Positions 33,562-43,319 are shown, counted from the first letter of the stretch. The stretch: 64,000 bases of DNA from Myxococcales bacterium (GCA_043747615.1 JAYTOU010000057.1:1-64000), one strand, 5' to 3'. Made by a program: numbers and translations. Notes: generated by a model from the sequence alone, not told the origin.

Positions 33562-34371
33562 TTGGATCAGATCCGCAAGGTCCCTATCCTGCAACGAGTG
33601 GAAACCGCGTCGATCTCCCAGATAACCGAACGAATCGCGAAGGCCTGCGCGGAGACACCCGGCGGCGTGGTGGCATTCGATGGCGACGGCACGCTCTGGA
33701 GCGGCGACGTGGGAGAAGACTTTTTCCACGCCCTCCTGGAAAACGCGGACTTTCGGGCTCCGGCACGCGCGGCCATGGAATCCGACGTCGCGGAGTTCGG
33801 CCTTGCGATCACCGGCTCCGCGCTCGACCTCGCCCGCGGGCTCTATGCCGCGTATCGCGACGGTCGTTACCCAGAGGAGCGCACCTGCGAGATGATGACC
33901 TGGGCCTGTGCGGACTGGGCGCGTGAAGAGGTCGACGCCTTTGCGGAAAAGGTCGTTCACGGCCTTGGGTCACGGCTTCACGGTGAGGCCATCGCCGCCC
34001 TCGAGTGGGCGCGCGACGCGAAGATCGAGGTGCTTTTGGTCAGCGCGTCTCCCAGGCCAGTGGTGGAGGCCGCCGGTCGCGTCGTGGGGATCGACGGCGC
34101 GCACGTCTTCGCCGCCACGCCGACGTACGATGGTGCGATCATGTTGCCGCGTGTCGTGCGTCCCATTCCTTATGGGCCCGGAAAAGTGGGCGCCATTCGC
34201 GCGTATGCCAAGGCGCGTCCGCTCTACGCCGCGTTTGGCGACAACGTGTTCGACCTCGCGATGCTCACGGAAGCGCGCGTAGCCGTTGCCGTACGGCCAA
34301 AATCCCGGCTTCGCGAACGGGCGCACGAGGTCCACGGCATCGTCGAGATCCAGCCTATACTCGCCCCATGA
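33562..34371 (+). CDS. HAD-IB family hydrolase
   Basis: FDGDGTLW, VSAS, GK, FGDNVFD. The start is uncertain (TTG 33562 or GTG 33598); a perfect TATAAT lies at 33534-33539. Confidence 0.85.
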   Translation: MDQIRKVPILQRVETASISQITERIAKACAETPGGVVAFDGDGTLWSGDVGEDFFHALLENADFRAPARAAMESDVAEFGLAITGSALDLARGLYAAYRDGRYPEERTCEMMTWACADWAREEVDAFAEKVVHGLGSRLHGEAIAALEWARDAKIEVLLVSASPRPVVEAAGRVVGIDGAHVFAATPTYDGAIMLPRVVRPIPYGPGKVGAIRAYAKARPLYAAFGDNVFDLAMLTEARVAVAVRPKSRLRERAHEVHGIVEIQPILAP

Positions 34372-35387
34372 GCGCGACGGATGGGAGCACGGACGCTGCA
34401 CGGTTGAAGATCGGCGCAGCGGGAGCGACGGACATCGGTCGTGGGCGAAAGCACAACGAAGACTGCGTGCTCGTGCGCCCGGATCTCGAGCTCTACTTGC
34501 TCGCCGACGGCGCGGGCGGACACAACGCGGGAAACGTGGCCAGCGCGCTCGCCACCAGCTCGATCGCCAACGCCTACGAGACCAGCGCCGATTCTCTGTC
34601 CGACCGTCCCGACATCGACATGTTCGGACTCTACACCGATGCGCGTCGCCTCGCCGCCGCGATCAAAAAGGCGAACCAGGACATCCTCGAAATCGCAAAG
34701 TCTTCGGATCGACACAAGGGTATGGGAACGACGATCGTGGGGGTCGCTCCGTCCCTCGCGTCGGGAGCGCTGCACGTTGCGCACGTCGGCGACAGCCGGT
34801 GTTACCGCTGGCGCGCGGGGCAGCTAGAGCAGCTCACCCACGACCACTCGATGATCAACGATGTCCTGGAAAAATGGCCGGATCTGGATGACGCCGCGCT
34901 CTGCCGCTTGCCGCGTCACGTGGTCACCCGCGCTCTCGGAATGGAAGCCACCGTGCGCGTCTCCGTCCGCACCTTCGAGCTCGTCGGCGGGGATCGCTAC
35001 CTCCTCTGCTCCGACGGCCTCTCGGATGCGCTCGAGCCCGAGGCGATCAACGCCATCATGGGCGCGGCGATGCTCCCAGACGACGCGGTCCACGAGCTGA
35101 TCGACCGCGCCAACGAGGCGGGCGCCAAGGACAACATCGGCGTGGTGGTCCTCTTCTGCGACGTCGTGCCCGGGACGCTGCCTCCTCCGCGTCATCGACC
35201 CGCCCGACGCCGCATGGCCTCCCGCGTCGATTTCCAGCCGCCTGGCCCGGAAGATCCGGAGATCGTCATCCTCAGCGTCGAGGACGCGCCACACGTCGTG
35301 GCCTCCGTCGGCGTGAACGACGAATGGCTCGAGACCATCGACGACACGCTTCATGGCAGGACCGGCCCGAAGAGCGAGAAGACCTGA
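34368..35387 (+). CDS. PP2C-type Ser/Thr protein phosphatase
   Basis: GRKHNED, LADGAGGH, MGTT, HVGDSR, LTHDHS, LCSDGL, KDNI. ATGA overlap with the HAD gene. Confidence 0.92.
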   Translation: MSATDGSTDAARLKIGAAGATDIGRGRKHNEDCVLVRPDLELYLLADGAGGHNAGNVASALATSSIANAYETSADSLSDRPDIDMFGLYTDARRLAAAIKKANQDILEIAKSSDRHKGMGTTIVGVAPSLASGALHVAHVGDSRCYRWRAGQLEQLTHDHSMINDVLEKWPDLDDAALCRLPRHVVTRALGMEATVRVSVRTFELVGGDRYLLCSDGLSDALEPEAINAIMGAAMLPDDAVHELIDRANEAGAKDNIGVVVLFCDVVPGTLPPPRHRPARRRMASRVDFQPPGPEDPEIVILSVEDAPHVVASVGVNDEWLETIDDTLHGRTGPKSEKT

Positions 35388-35399
35388 TAAGTTCACGCG

Positions 35400-36542
35400 A
35401 TGGATTTCGATCTCACCGAAGAGCAGACCCTCATCCGCGACACCGCGCGGGATTTCGCGGCTCGAGAAATTGCACCGAAGGCTGCGGAGCTCGATAAATC
35501 CGGGCGCTGGCCCGCGGAGATCGTGGCGCGGATGGCGGAGCTCGGATTTTTGGGCGTTGCCATTCCGGAAGAATACGGCGGTAGCGGTCTCGATACTGTC
35601 AGTTACGCCCTGGCCATGGAGGAGATCAGCGCGGCCTGCGCCTCCTCGGGGGTCATCATGAGCGTGAACAATTCTCTCTTCTGTGATCCGATCTACAAGT
35701 TCGGAACCGACGATCAGAAGAAGAACGTCCTCACTCCGTGCGCGAGCGGCAAGAAGCTCGGATGCTTCGGGCTGACGGAGCCGATGAGTGGCTCGGACGC
35801 TCAGACCATGGCCACCGGCGCCGAAAAAGTCGGAGATGGCTGGGTGCTCAACGGCGCGAAAAACTGGATCACCAACGGGCCCCACGCCGACTTCATCCTC
35901 GTCTTCGTGGTGACCGATCGCTCCGGGGCGAAGATCAAGCACACCGCGTTCATCGTTCCCAAAGGCACGCCCGGCTACACGCAAAATGCCCCCGATCACA
36001 AGCTCGGGATTCACGCTGCCCACTCCTGCACCGTGTTCTTCGAGAACTGCAAGCTCCCCGACAGCGCGATCGTGGGCAAGGTAGGCGAAGGCTTCAAGGT
36101 CGCCATGGCTACCCTCGACGGAGGGCGGATCGGCATCGCTTCCCAGGCTCTCGGGATCGCCCGCGCCGCGCTCGACAAGTCGGTCTCCTACGCCAAGGAG
36201 CGAAAGAGCTTCGGCGTGCCCATCGCCGAGCACCAGGCCATCCAGTTCATGCTGAGCGACATGGCGACGGAGCTCGACGCCGCGCGTCTCCTCACGCTTC
36301 GCGCTGCCACCATGAAGGACGAAGGTGTTCGGCATACGTCCGAGAGCGCGATGGCCAAGCTCTACGCGAGCGAGATGGCGACGCGTGTCGCGCACAAGGC
36401 CATCCAGATCCACGGAGGCTACGGCTACTCGTCGGAGTTCCCGGTCGAGCGAAATTACCGCGACGCGCGCATCACGGAAATCTACGAAGGAACGAGCGAG
36501 ATCCAACGCATCGTCATCGCCGCGAGCTTGCTCCGAGCATGA
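35400..36542 (+). CDS. acyl-CoA dehydrogenase (short/branched chain type)
   Basis: FGLTEPMSGSDA, GAKNWITN, LDGGRIGIA, QIHGGYGY, IYEGTSEIQR. Confidence 0.95.
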   Translation: MDFDLTEEQTLIRDTARDFAAREIAPKAAELDKSGRWPAEIVARMAELGFLGVAIPEEYGGSGLDTVSYALAMEEISAACASSGVIMSVNNSLFCDPIYKFGTDDQKKNVLTPCASGKKLGCFGLTEPMSGSDAQTMATGAEKVGDGWVLNGAKNWITNGPHADFILVFVVTDRSGAKIKHTAFIVPKGTPGYTQNAPDHKLGIHAAHSCTVFFENCKLPDSAIVGKVGEGFKVAMATLDGGRIGIASQALGIARAALDKSVSYAKERKSFGVPIAEHQAIQFMLSDMATELDAARLLTLRAATMKDEGVRHTSESAMAKLYASEMATRVAHKAIQIHGGYGYSSEFPVERNYRDARITEIYEGTSEIQRIVIAASLLRA

Positions 36543-37258
36543 GAAACGATCTCGTTTTTGCCGGTATTTTGGTGAGCTTCGCGGCCGCGTGCGGGGGTGA
36601 AAAAGTCGAAGCGAAGGCACCCGAGACAAACGCGTCCTCGGTCGCCGAGGAGCATCACGGCGCGAAGATGCGAATGTCGAGCGAGCTCGGAGAGATCGAT
36701 CCCAAGGAGACTCAGAAGACCTTCGACAAGCTGCAGACTACGTTTCAGGGCTGCTACAAGAAGGGGCTCGGGCGCGTCGAGTACCTGTCGGGAGACGTGA
36801 AGTTTTTCCTCCGCCTCACGCAGGACGCTGCCGTCAAATTCGCGTACGTCGAAGAGTCCAACCTCGGCGATCGCGCAACCGAGCGCTGCATGCTCGACGC
36901 CATCGGCTCCGCCTCCTGGCCCAAGCCCAAGGGCGGCGAAGCAGAAATTCGCAACGGCATCGGCTTCGATGCCGCGGCCGACGTGCGTCGCCCAGCGGAT
37001 TGGAACGCCGACAAGATCGCCGCTGTCCTCGGAAAATCCGACGCAGCCTTTACTAAGTGCAGGGAAGGGGTCAGCGGCACCTTCAAGGTCACCGCGTACG
37101 TCGAGCCCGACGGGAAAAACGGAAAGGTGCAGGCCGTCGGCGTCGCTCCACCCAACAAGGAAGGCGAGGCGAAAGCGGATTGCGTGAGCGAGGCGGTGAA
37201 GGCTCTCAAGCTCCCTAGCCCGGGGAGCTACGCTGCGAAAGTGAGCTTCGTTCTCTAA
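36539..37258 (+). CDS. lipoprotein with tandem TonB_C-like (AgmX/PglI-type) domains
   Basis: Lipobox FAAAC; FQGCY..LSGDV..ERCM..WPKPKGG followed by a second copy KC..G..DCV..LPSPG. ATGA overlap upstream, 1-bp gap downstream. Confidence 0.75.
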   Translation: MRNDLVFAGILVSFAAACGGEKVEAKAPETNASSVAEEHHGAKMRMSSELGEIDPKETQKTFDKLQTTFQGCYKKGLGRVEYLSGDVKFFLRLTQDAAVKFAYVEESNLGDRATERCMLDAIGSASWPKPKGGEAEIRNGIGFDAAADVRRPADWNADKIAAVLGKSDAAFTKCREGVSGTFKVTAYVEPDGKNGKVQAVGVAPPNKEGEAKADCVSEAVKALKLPSPGSYAAKVSFVL

Positions 37259-37259
37259 A

Positions 37260-38387
37260 ATGGATCTCACGCTCAACGAAACGCAGGCCCTCGTCCAAAA
37301 GACGGCGCGCGATTACGCCGTCAGGGTCATCGCTCCCGAAGCGGCAGACATCGATCGCCACGCGCGCTTTCCACGCGAGATTTTACGGGGTTTGGGCGAG
37401 CTCGGTCTGCTCGCCGTCAACGTTCCCGAGGAGCTCGGTGGCTCGGGCGCCGGCGTCGTTTCCTATGCGCTTGCCATGCAAGAAATCGCGGCGGCGTGCG
37501 CCTCCACCGCCGTGACGATGGCCGTCACCAACATGGTCGGCGAGGTGATCGCCACCTTCGGCACCCCTGAGCAGAAGGCGCGCTGCAATCCGAAGCTCGC
37601 CAGCGGTGAGTGGGCGGCGGGCTCATTCGCGTTGAGCGAGACGGACGCCGGGAGCGATCCAAAAGGGATGCGGACCACCGCCGTCAAAGACGGAGGCGAC
37701 TGGATCCTCGACGGCTCCAAGCAATGGATCACGAGCGGGGCCTATGCCGGCGTCCTCGTGGTGTGGGCGCGCACCGGCGAGCGCATCTCCTGCTTTCTCG
37801 TCGAGGGGGGAGCCCCCGGTCTCACCGTGGGTAAGGCGGAAGACAAGATGGGCGTCCGCGGCTCGAACACCGTGCCCCTTCAGTTCGAGCGCTGCCGCGT
37901 CCCTGCAAGTGCGCTACTCGGCGAGCTGAACGGCGGCCTCAAGATCGCCATGATGGCCCTCGACGGCGGACGCATCGGCATAAGCTCGCAAGCCATTGGC
38001 ATCGCCCGCGCGGCTCTCACCGAGAGCGTGCAGTATGCAAAGGATCGCAAGCAGTTCGGAAAGCCGATCGCCGACTATCAGGCTATTCAGTGGAAGCTCG
38101 CGAACATGAAGACCGAGCTCGATGCCGCTTATCTACTGAGCATGCGCGCCGCCTGGCTGAAGGAGCAAAACCGCCCTTTTTCCCGGGAAGCGTCGATGAG
38201 CAAGGTGTTCGCCACGGAGTCCGCCAACCGCATCTGCAACGACGCCGTGCAGATCCACGGAGGCTACGGTTACATCCGCGAGTTCGCCGCGGAGCGCCAC
38301 CTCCGCGACGTTCGCGTCACCACGATTTACGAAGGCACGAGCGAGATTCAGCGCATGGTCATCGCGCGGAGCTTGCTCGCTCGGTAG
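37260..38387 (+). CDS. acyl-CoA dehydrogenase
   Basis: FALSETDAGSD, GSKQWIT, LDGGRIGI, QIHGGYGY, IYEGTSEIQR. Confidence 0.95.
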   Translation: MDLTLNETQALVQKTARDYAVRVIAPEAADIDRHARFPREILRGLGELGLLAVNVPEELGGSGAGVVSYALAMQEIAAACASTAVTMAVTNMVGEVIATFGTPEQKARCNPKLASGEWAAGSFALSETDAGSDPKGMRTTAVKDGGDWILDGSKQWITSGAYAGVLVVWARTGERISCFLVEGGAPGLTVGKAEDKMGVRGSNTVPLQFERCRVPASALLGELNGGLKIAMMALDGGRIGISSQAIGIARAALTESVQYAKDRKQFGKPIADYQAIQWKLANMKTELDAAYLLSMRAAWLKEQNRPFSREASMSKVFATESANRICNDAVQIHGGYGYIREFAAERHLRDVRVTTIYEGTSEIQRMVIARSLLAR

Positions 38388-38436
38388 CGGCTAGGCGACC
38401 TTCGGGAGACTGTGTCGTGTGTATACATCACACGAC

Positions 38437-39939
38437 CTACTTGCCTTTGCAGCTCGAGTAGGTCGATTCGAAATTGTCCCGCACGACTTTCGGCGGCAGG
38501 TTCGGCTGCTGAGAGAGGTAGAGCTCGGAATAGGCCTTGAAGCCCGCGGTGCAATCACCCGCCTTGGCGAAGCACTTCGGCACGCTGCCGATCAAGCTTG
38601 CCGTCATCCCTGCGCTCTTCACCGCGTAGTCGTCGTCGTCCCTCGGCTTGACCACCGTGGCGAGGCGCTTCACCGTTGCGAAGTTCTTGGCGCAGCTGGC
38701 CGCGTCCGTCTTCTCGAACGCCCCTTTGCCGAGCGCCTGGGCCGCTTGCAGAAGCTCGTCGCGTTGCGACAGCTTGCCCTGGCAGTAAGCCGTCGACGCG
38801 GTCTCCACGATGCGATCGACCATCTCGGGACCCTGACCGGACGTCCCCTCGACCGCTTTACGGAAGAACACCTTACCCGCGTCGCACTGGCCGGAGAGCA
38901 TGATGCACTGACCGCGAGTCTGGGAGGCCCACGCTTTCGGGTTTGTCGACATTCCTCCCGGACGCGGATCGAGCTTGTCGTGGAGGTCCATCTCGGTGAG
39001 ACATCCCTTGCCATCCCGCGCAGTCATGTTGGCGCCTGCGGTGGCCATGTGCTCGGCGGCCTGCTTCTCGCGATCGGTGTCGGCCTTGAGCTTGCCCGCG
39101 AGGTTCATCGCGCCCGTAGTCTCGGGGGCGGTGGCGTTCGTCGCGTCGGGGTTGTCGCCCGTGGAAATCTCACGGAGCGTGAGACGCACCGGCACTTTGC
39201 AAGTCGACACTTCTTTGGCCGACTCGCCGCGACAGCTGGAGAGAAGACCGCCGTTCTTCTCGGCCTTGTTCTCGGAGGCCTTCGAGCCCCCCACGCCGAA
39301 CCCGAACGCCGAGCCGCCGACGGTGCCCTTGATCTTCGACTGCGAGCCGAGCGCAAACGCCCCGAGGTTGTAGCCGTAGACGAAGTGCGTCGCGCCTTTG
39401 CAGCCCGAAAGTTTCTCGAGGTCTTTCGCGTATACGGTGTCTCGCGTTGCGCTGCGCGTCCCGCTCACGAAATACTCCATGTGGAATTTCTCGCCGCCGG
39501 AGACGCGGCCACCGAGCTCCGCGGCACCGAGGGGAAGCTTCGCGTAGAGCTCGCCTTCGTTCGAAATGTCGATCACCTCGACCGACCCGCTCGTCCAGTC
39601 GACGGGCTTGTACGAGCCGAGTGAGCCCTTCACGGAGTCGTTGACGCACGAGTCGAGGACCTTGAGCTCGCAGCCTTCGTACTTCACGAAGATGACGTCG
39701 TTCGCGGTGCGCGCCTCGAAGCTCGACATGTCAGTGGCGTCCCACTCGATGACGAACGGACGCTCGTGACCCTTCGCGGTGCATTTGTTTTTGCCCGCGA
39801 AGCTCTGTTCCATGAGCGCGCTCTGCCCGGACTCACGGGCGGGAGCCATCGCCGGCAATGCCGCGCCGCCGCCGCACGCCGCGAGGACGCCGAGTGAACT
39901 CGAGAGGGCAAAGACGCGAAAAAACCGTCGGTTCGTCAT
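38437..39939 (-). CDS. Cys-rich myxobacterial lipoprotein
   Basis: Lipobox LAAC, beta-rich N-terminal domain, helical Cys-paired C-terminal domain. Confidence 0.8.
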   Translation of the reverse strand: MTNRRFFRVFALSSSLGVLAACGGGAALPAMAPARESGQSALMEQSFAGKNKCTAKGHERPFVIEWDATDMSSFEARTANDVIFVKYEGCELKVLDSCVNDSVKGSLGSYKPVDWTSGSVEVIDISNEGELYAKLPLGAAELGGRVSGGEKFHMEYFVSGTRSATRDTVYAKDLEKLSGCKGATHFVYGYNLGAFALGSQSKIKGTVGGSAFGFGVGGSKASENKAEKNGGLLSSCRGESAKEVSTCKVPVRLTLREISTGDNPDATNATAPETTGAMNLAGKLKADTDREKQAAEHMATAGANMTARDGKGCLTEMDLHDKLDPRPGGMSTNPKAWASQTRGQCIMLSGQCDAGKVFFRKAVEGTSGQGPEMVDRIVETASTAYCQGKLSQRDELLQAAQALGKGAFEKTDAASCAKNFATVKRLATVVKPRDDDDYAVKSAGMTASLIGSVPKCFAKAGDCTAGFKAYSELYLSQQPNLPPKVVRDNFESTYSSCKGK

Positions 39940-39981
39940 GGTAGCGGTAGTACGTCGACGACCGCGCGGGTCTTCCCTCTG

Positions 39982-40527
39982 CTACTTTTCGGCCCACATC
40001 AGGATTCGCTTGAACGGATAGAGAAAAGGCATGGACTCCGGCAGGCGCTCGAAGAGGCGCTCGCGGTAACGCACCAAGAATTTTTCGTAAGTCGGCGCAT
40101 CGAGCCACCCGCGGTAGTCGGTGAGAAGCGTGCCCTTCACCCACTCGATCACCGACTCGCGCGACGGCAGTGTGTGAGCGTAGACCTCGAGACGCACTCG
40201 CTGCTTCTTGAAACCGAGACGATCGAGGAGCACGGCGTATGCTTCGGGCGCGAGGACAGGAACCTGCCGCTGGTAGCCGTGCAACGCCTCAGCGAACTCG
40301 CTAGCAACCTCTGCGGCCTTCGCGAGCATCGTGTCGGAGCTGTCGACGCCGAGTGTTTTTCGGGCCTTGAGCTCGTGGTGGAGAGCGCCCGTCAGGTCGC
40401 CGGTGCCGCATCCGAGATCCACCACGCGCATGAGCGGACGCCGATGCACGAGCGCCATGAGATCGTAAAAGGGTTGGCTTCGCTCTTCGCGGAAACGCTC
40501 GTACTGCTCCGGGCTCCAGCTGCTCAT
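39982..40527 (-). pseudogene. tam: trans-aconitate 2-methyltransferase-like gene with in-frame internal deletion
   Basis: WSPEQYERF..PFYDL, VDLGCGTG, GVDSSDTML and C-terminal WVKGT..YPFKRI are present. The protein is only 181 aa and lacks the central SNAxLxW / PGG.LAVQ segment. Confidence 0.75.
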
Positions 40528-40760
40528 TTTGCAGGCGGCGGTCGAGAAGCAGGCGCGCTGGAAGGGCTTGGTGTACCGCTCATCGTCCCCGGTGCGCTTC
40601 CGCTCGTTCCCCACTGCGGATCAGGGTTCGCGCGCGATTCACCCGGAGCCGGGATGCCCTGGGTGAGCGGATCACTAGCAGGTTGCGACGGGCCGCATTG
40701 AAGCGTGGCCAACGCGGCAAGGGCTAGCGTCATCACCATGAACCCGTTTCTCATCGTCAT
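40524..40760 (-). CDS. small Pro/Ser-rich lipoprotein-like protein (78 aa)
   Basis: MTMRNGFMVMTLALAALATLQC signal followed by a low-complexity tail. ATGA overlaps with both the amidase stop and the tam start. Confidence 0.65.
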   Translation of the reverse strand: MTMRNGFMVMTLALAALATLQCGPSQPASDPLTQGIPAPGESRANPDPQWGTSGSAPGTMSGTPSPSSAPASRPPPAK

Positions 40761-42424
40761 CTCCGCCGAAAAACATCCGCGTTGACCATCGGTTTTTTTG
40801 CGCATGCAACTCCGGTGCGTTCGAGGTGCGCCGTCGCCGCAAGCACGCTTGCTTCATCCCACGCGTCGCCCATCAGCTGAAAGCCTATCGGCAACGAATC
40901 GTCGTCAACGCCCACCGGACAGGACGACGCCGGAAGCCCCGTGAGGTTGCCGAGAAACGCAAAGCGGCAAAGGTTTGCCAGGAGACGAGCGTCGAGAAAC
41001 CCGCTGCTCATCTCCGCCTGCGAGGCGCGGGCCGCCGTCTGCGCGGTGGAGGGGAGCGCCATGAGATCCACGTCGCCGAACATCTGAGCGATCTCGCGCC
41101 GTAGTCCCTCGCGCAGGCGCTGCGTCTCGATGTAATCGAGCGCGCCCACGACGCCGAGAGAGCCGAACGCGATTTGGAGATCCGCGCCCATGTCGTCGGC
41201 GTTGCTCTGCCACTCGCGCTTCAGCGCACCGAGCGACTCCGGGCCGATGCTCATGTAGCCGATCGCTGGCGCATACCGCGCCATACGAAGCTTCACCGGG
41301 ACGAGAACGGCGCCGTCGCGCTCGAGCGCCCGAAGGGCCTCACGCCCGGCTTTTTCCACGGATTTCGAAGCGTCACCCCACTCATGCTCGTCGACGGCGA
41401 TGCGCAGCCCCTTCACCCCGCGGCCGAGCGCGCGAAGGAGCGACCCTGGCTCGATGGGGGGCGCGAACGCCGTTTCAGGATCATTGGAATCCGTCGCCCC
41501 GACGTGCTCGAGGACGAGCGCGAGATCGAGCGTGGACGAAGCGAGCGGGCCGAGGTGGGCCACGCTCCCCGAAGAGATATCTCCGGCGCGGCTGATCCTG
41601 CCCCAGGTGGGCTTGATCCCGAAGACGCCGTTCATCGCCGCCGGAATGCGGATGGATCCGCCGCCGTCCGCGCCAATCGCGAAGGGCACGAGACCCGTTG
41701 CCACCGCCACACCGGAGCCTGTCGACGATCCGCCGGCGATGCGGTCCGGGGCGTGCGGATTTTTAGGGAGGGTGCGCTTCGAATTCTGGCCGACCGGCGA
41801 CATCCCGAACTCGGTCATCGGTGTCGTCCCGATCACGATGGCGCCAGCCGCACGCAGACGCGCGATGCACGTGGCGTCTTCAAGGCACGGTGCTGCCGAG
41901 AGGAAGGTCGTCCCCGCCTGTCGCGGAAGATTTTTGACCGAGGTCTGCTCTTTCACGGCGAAGGGAACGCCGTCTAGCGGACCACGTGTGCGCTTCGTTC
42001 TGTACCGCTCGGTCGCCGCTTCGGCCTCGGAGCGCGCGTCGCCGTCGGCGTAACAAAGGATGGGACCGATGCTCGGGGTTCGCGCAGCGAGCGACCGCGC
42101 CTCTTCCAAACACCTAGAAATCACCTCGTTCGGCGTGGTTTCTTCGGACTCGTACGCGGCCACGAAGCGCGCGCTCGTGCCCGACCACGAGCCGTCCCCC
42201 GGTAGCGCGTGACGTGCGTCGTCCGCCTGGCGCGGAGGCCGACCTTGTTTCGCCCGAACATGAAGAGGGACGGTGCCTCGACATTCCTCAGCAAGGCTGG
42301 TCAGCGCGTCGATTTTCAGGTCGGCACGGAGCAGACGATAGAGGCCGCGGCTGCCGGCTTTTGTGCGAGCAGCCTTGGCCAGCGTGCGAAGAAGCGCCCC
42401 AGATATACGCGGCGGAGAGACCAT
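40757..42424 (-). CDS. amidase signature family enzyme (FAAH-like)
   Basis: GPLDGVPFAVK, GGSSTGS, GADGGGSIRIPA. Confidence 0.92.
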   Translation of the reverse strand: MVSPPRISGALLRTLAKAARTKAGSRGLYRLLRADLKIDALTSLAEECRGTVPLHVRAKQGRPPRQADDARHALPGDGSWSGTSARFVAAYESEETTPNEVISRCLEEARSLAARTPSIGPILCYADGDARSEAEAATERYRTKRTRGPLDGVPFAVKEQTSVKNLPRQAGTTFLSAAPCLEDATCIARLRAAGAIVIGTTPMTEFGMSPVGQNSKRTLPKNPHAPDRIAGGSSTGSGVAVATGLVPFAIGADGGGSIRIPAAMNGVFGIKPTWGRISRAGDISSGSVAHLGPLASSTLDLALVLEHVGATDSNDPETAFAPPIEPGSLLRALGRGVKGLRIAVDEHEWGDASKSVEKAGREALRALERDGAVLVPVKLRMARYAPAIGYMSIGPESLGALKREWQSNADDMGADLQIAFGSLGVVGALDYIETQRLREGLRREIAQMFGDVDLMALPSTAQTAARASQAEMSSGFLDARLLANLCRFAFLGNLTGLPASSCPVGVDDDSLPIGFQLMGDAWDEASVLAATAHLERTGVACAKKPMVNADVFRRR

Positions 42425-42600
42425 CCCCCACTGCTACCTCAGTCACCGCGGGGAGGCCACGACGCTACAGAGTGAGCGTACCCGTGCGGATCAAAAGTGG
42501 AGCTCGGCCCACCCGTTTCTCGCCAAGCACGTCTGACCGGAAGAACCCCGATGGCACCTTTCAATTGCTGAAATCCGTAACCCATGGCAATGGCTCTCAC

Positions 42601-42984
42601 GTGTCGAACGCAAGCACCGAGGGGATTCGCGTAACCGTAGAGTCCGCCTATGTCGCCGATCAGTCGGCCCCCCGCACGCAGCGCTACGTATTCGCGTACA
42701 CGGTGCGGATCGCCAATGAGGGTAAAGAAGACGCGCAGCTCCGCAGCCGCCACTGGATCATCACCGACGGCACCGGCAAGGTCGAAGAGGTGCGCGGCCC
42801 CGGCGTCGTCGGGCAGCAGCCATTCCTCCGGCCGGGCGAGCACTTTGAGTACACGAGCGGCTGCGTCCTCCAGACGCCGCGTGGCGAAATGCGCGGCACC
42901 TACCAGATGCACCGAGCGGACGGTCGGGCCTTCGAGGCGGCGATTGCGCCATTCGCGCTGTCGCTTCCGCATTCGCTGAACTAA
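42601..42984 (+). CDS. apaG: ApaG protein
   Basis: YVFAYTVRI, QLRSRHWIITDG, EEVRGPGVVGQQP, YTSG, GEMRGTY; GTG start. Confidence 0.95.
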   Translation: MSNASTEGIRVTVESAYVADQSAPRTQRYVFAYTVRIANEGKEDAQLRSRHWIITDGTGKVEEVRGPGVVGQQPFLRPGEHFEYTSGCVLQTPRGEMRGTYQMHRADGRAFEAAIAPFALSLPHSLN

Positions 42985-42995
42985 GCCTCTCCGAC

Positions 42996-43319
42996 ATGGA
43001 CGAACCCGCCTACCAGCAGCTCGCCGACAAATGCTTCAAGCGCGTCGAGCAGGCGTTCGAGAGCATCGACGCGGAAGACGTCGACTGCGAACGCTCGGGG
43101 GACGTGCTCACCCTCACTATGAAGAGCTCGAAGCGCTGTGTCCTCAACACCCAGCGCCCCACCCGCCAGATGTGGCTCGCCGCAAACGCCCGCGCCTGGC
43201 ACTTTTCTTACGACGACGCTGACGCAAGCTGGCGCGACGATAAAAGCCCTAAAAATGAGCTCTTTTCCACGATCGCTCAGATCGTGAAAGAGGGCGCAGG
43301 CGTCGACGTAGCGTTCTAG
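42996..43319 (+). CDS. cyaY: frataxin-like iron donor CyaY
   Basis: Acidic N-terminal helix, GDVLTL, VLNTQRPTRQMWLA, WHF. Confidence 0.9.
   Translation: MDEPAYQQLADKCFKRVEQAFESIDAEDVDCERSGDVLTLTMKSSKRCVLNTQRPTRQMWLAANARAWHFSYDDADASWRDDKSPKNELFSTIAQIVKEGAGVDVAF

Noticed and set aside
34824..36629. 601-aa minus-strand ORF
   Set aside because: Antisense shadow of the PP2C and acyl-CoA dehydrogenase genes.
42552..42569. TGGCAC...TTGCT upstream of apaG as a sigma-54 promoter
   Set aside because: The GG-to-GC spacing is 2 bp too long for a -24/-12 promoter.
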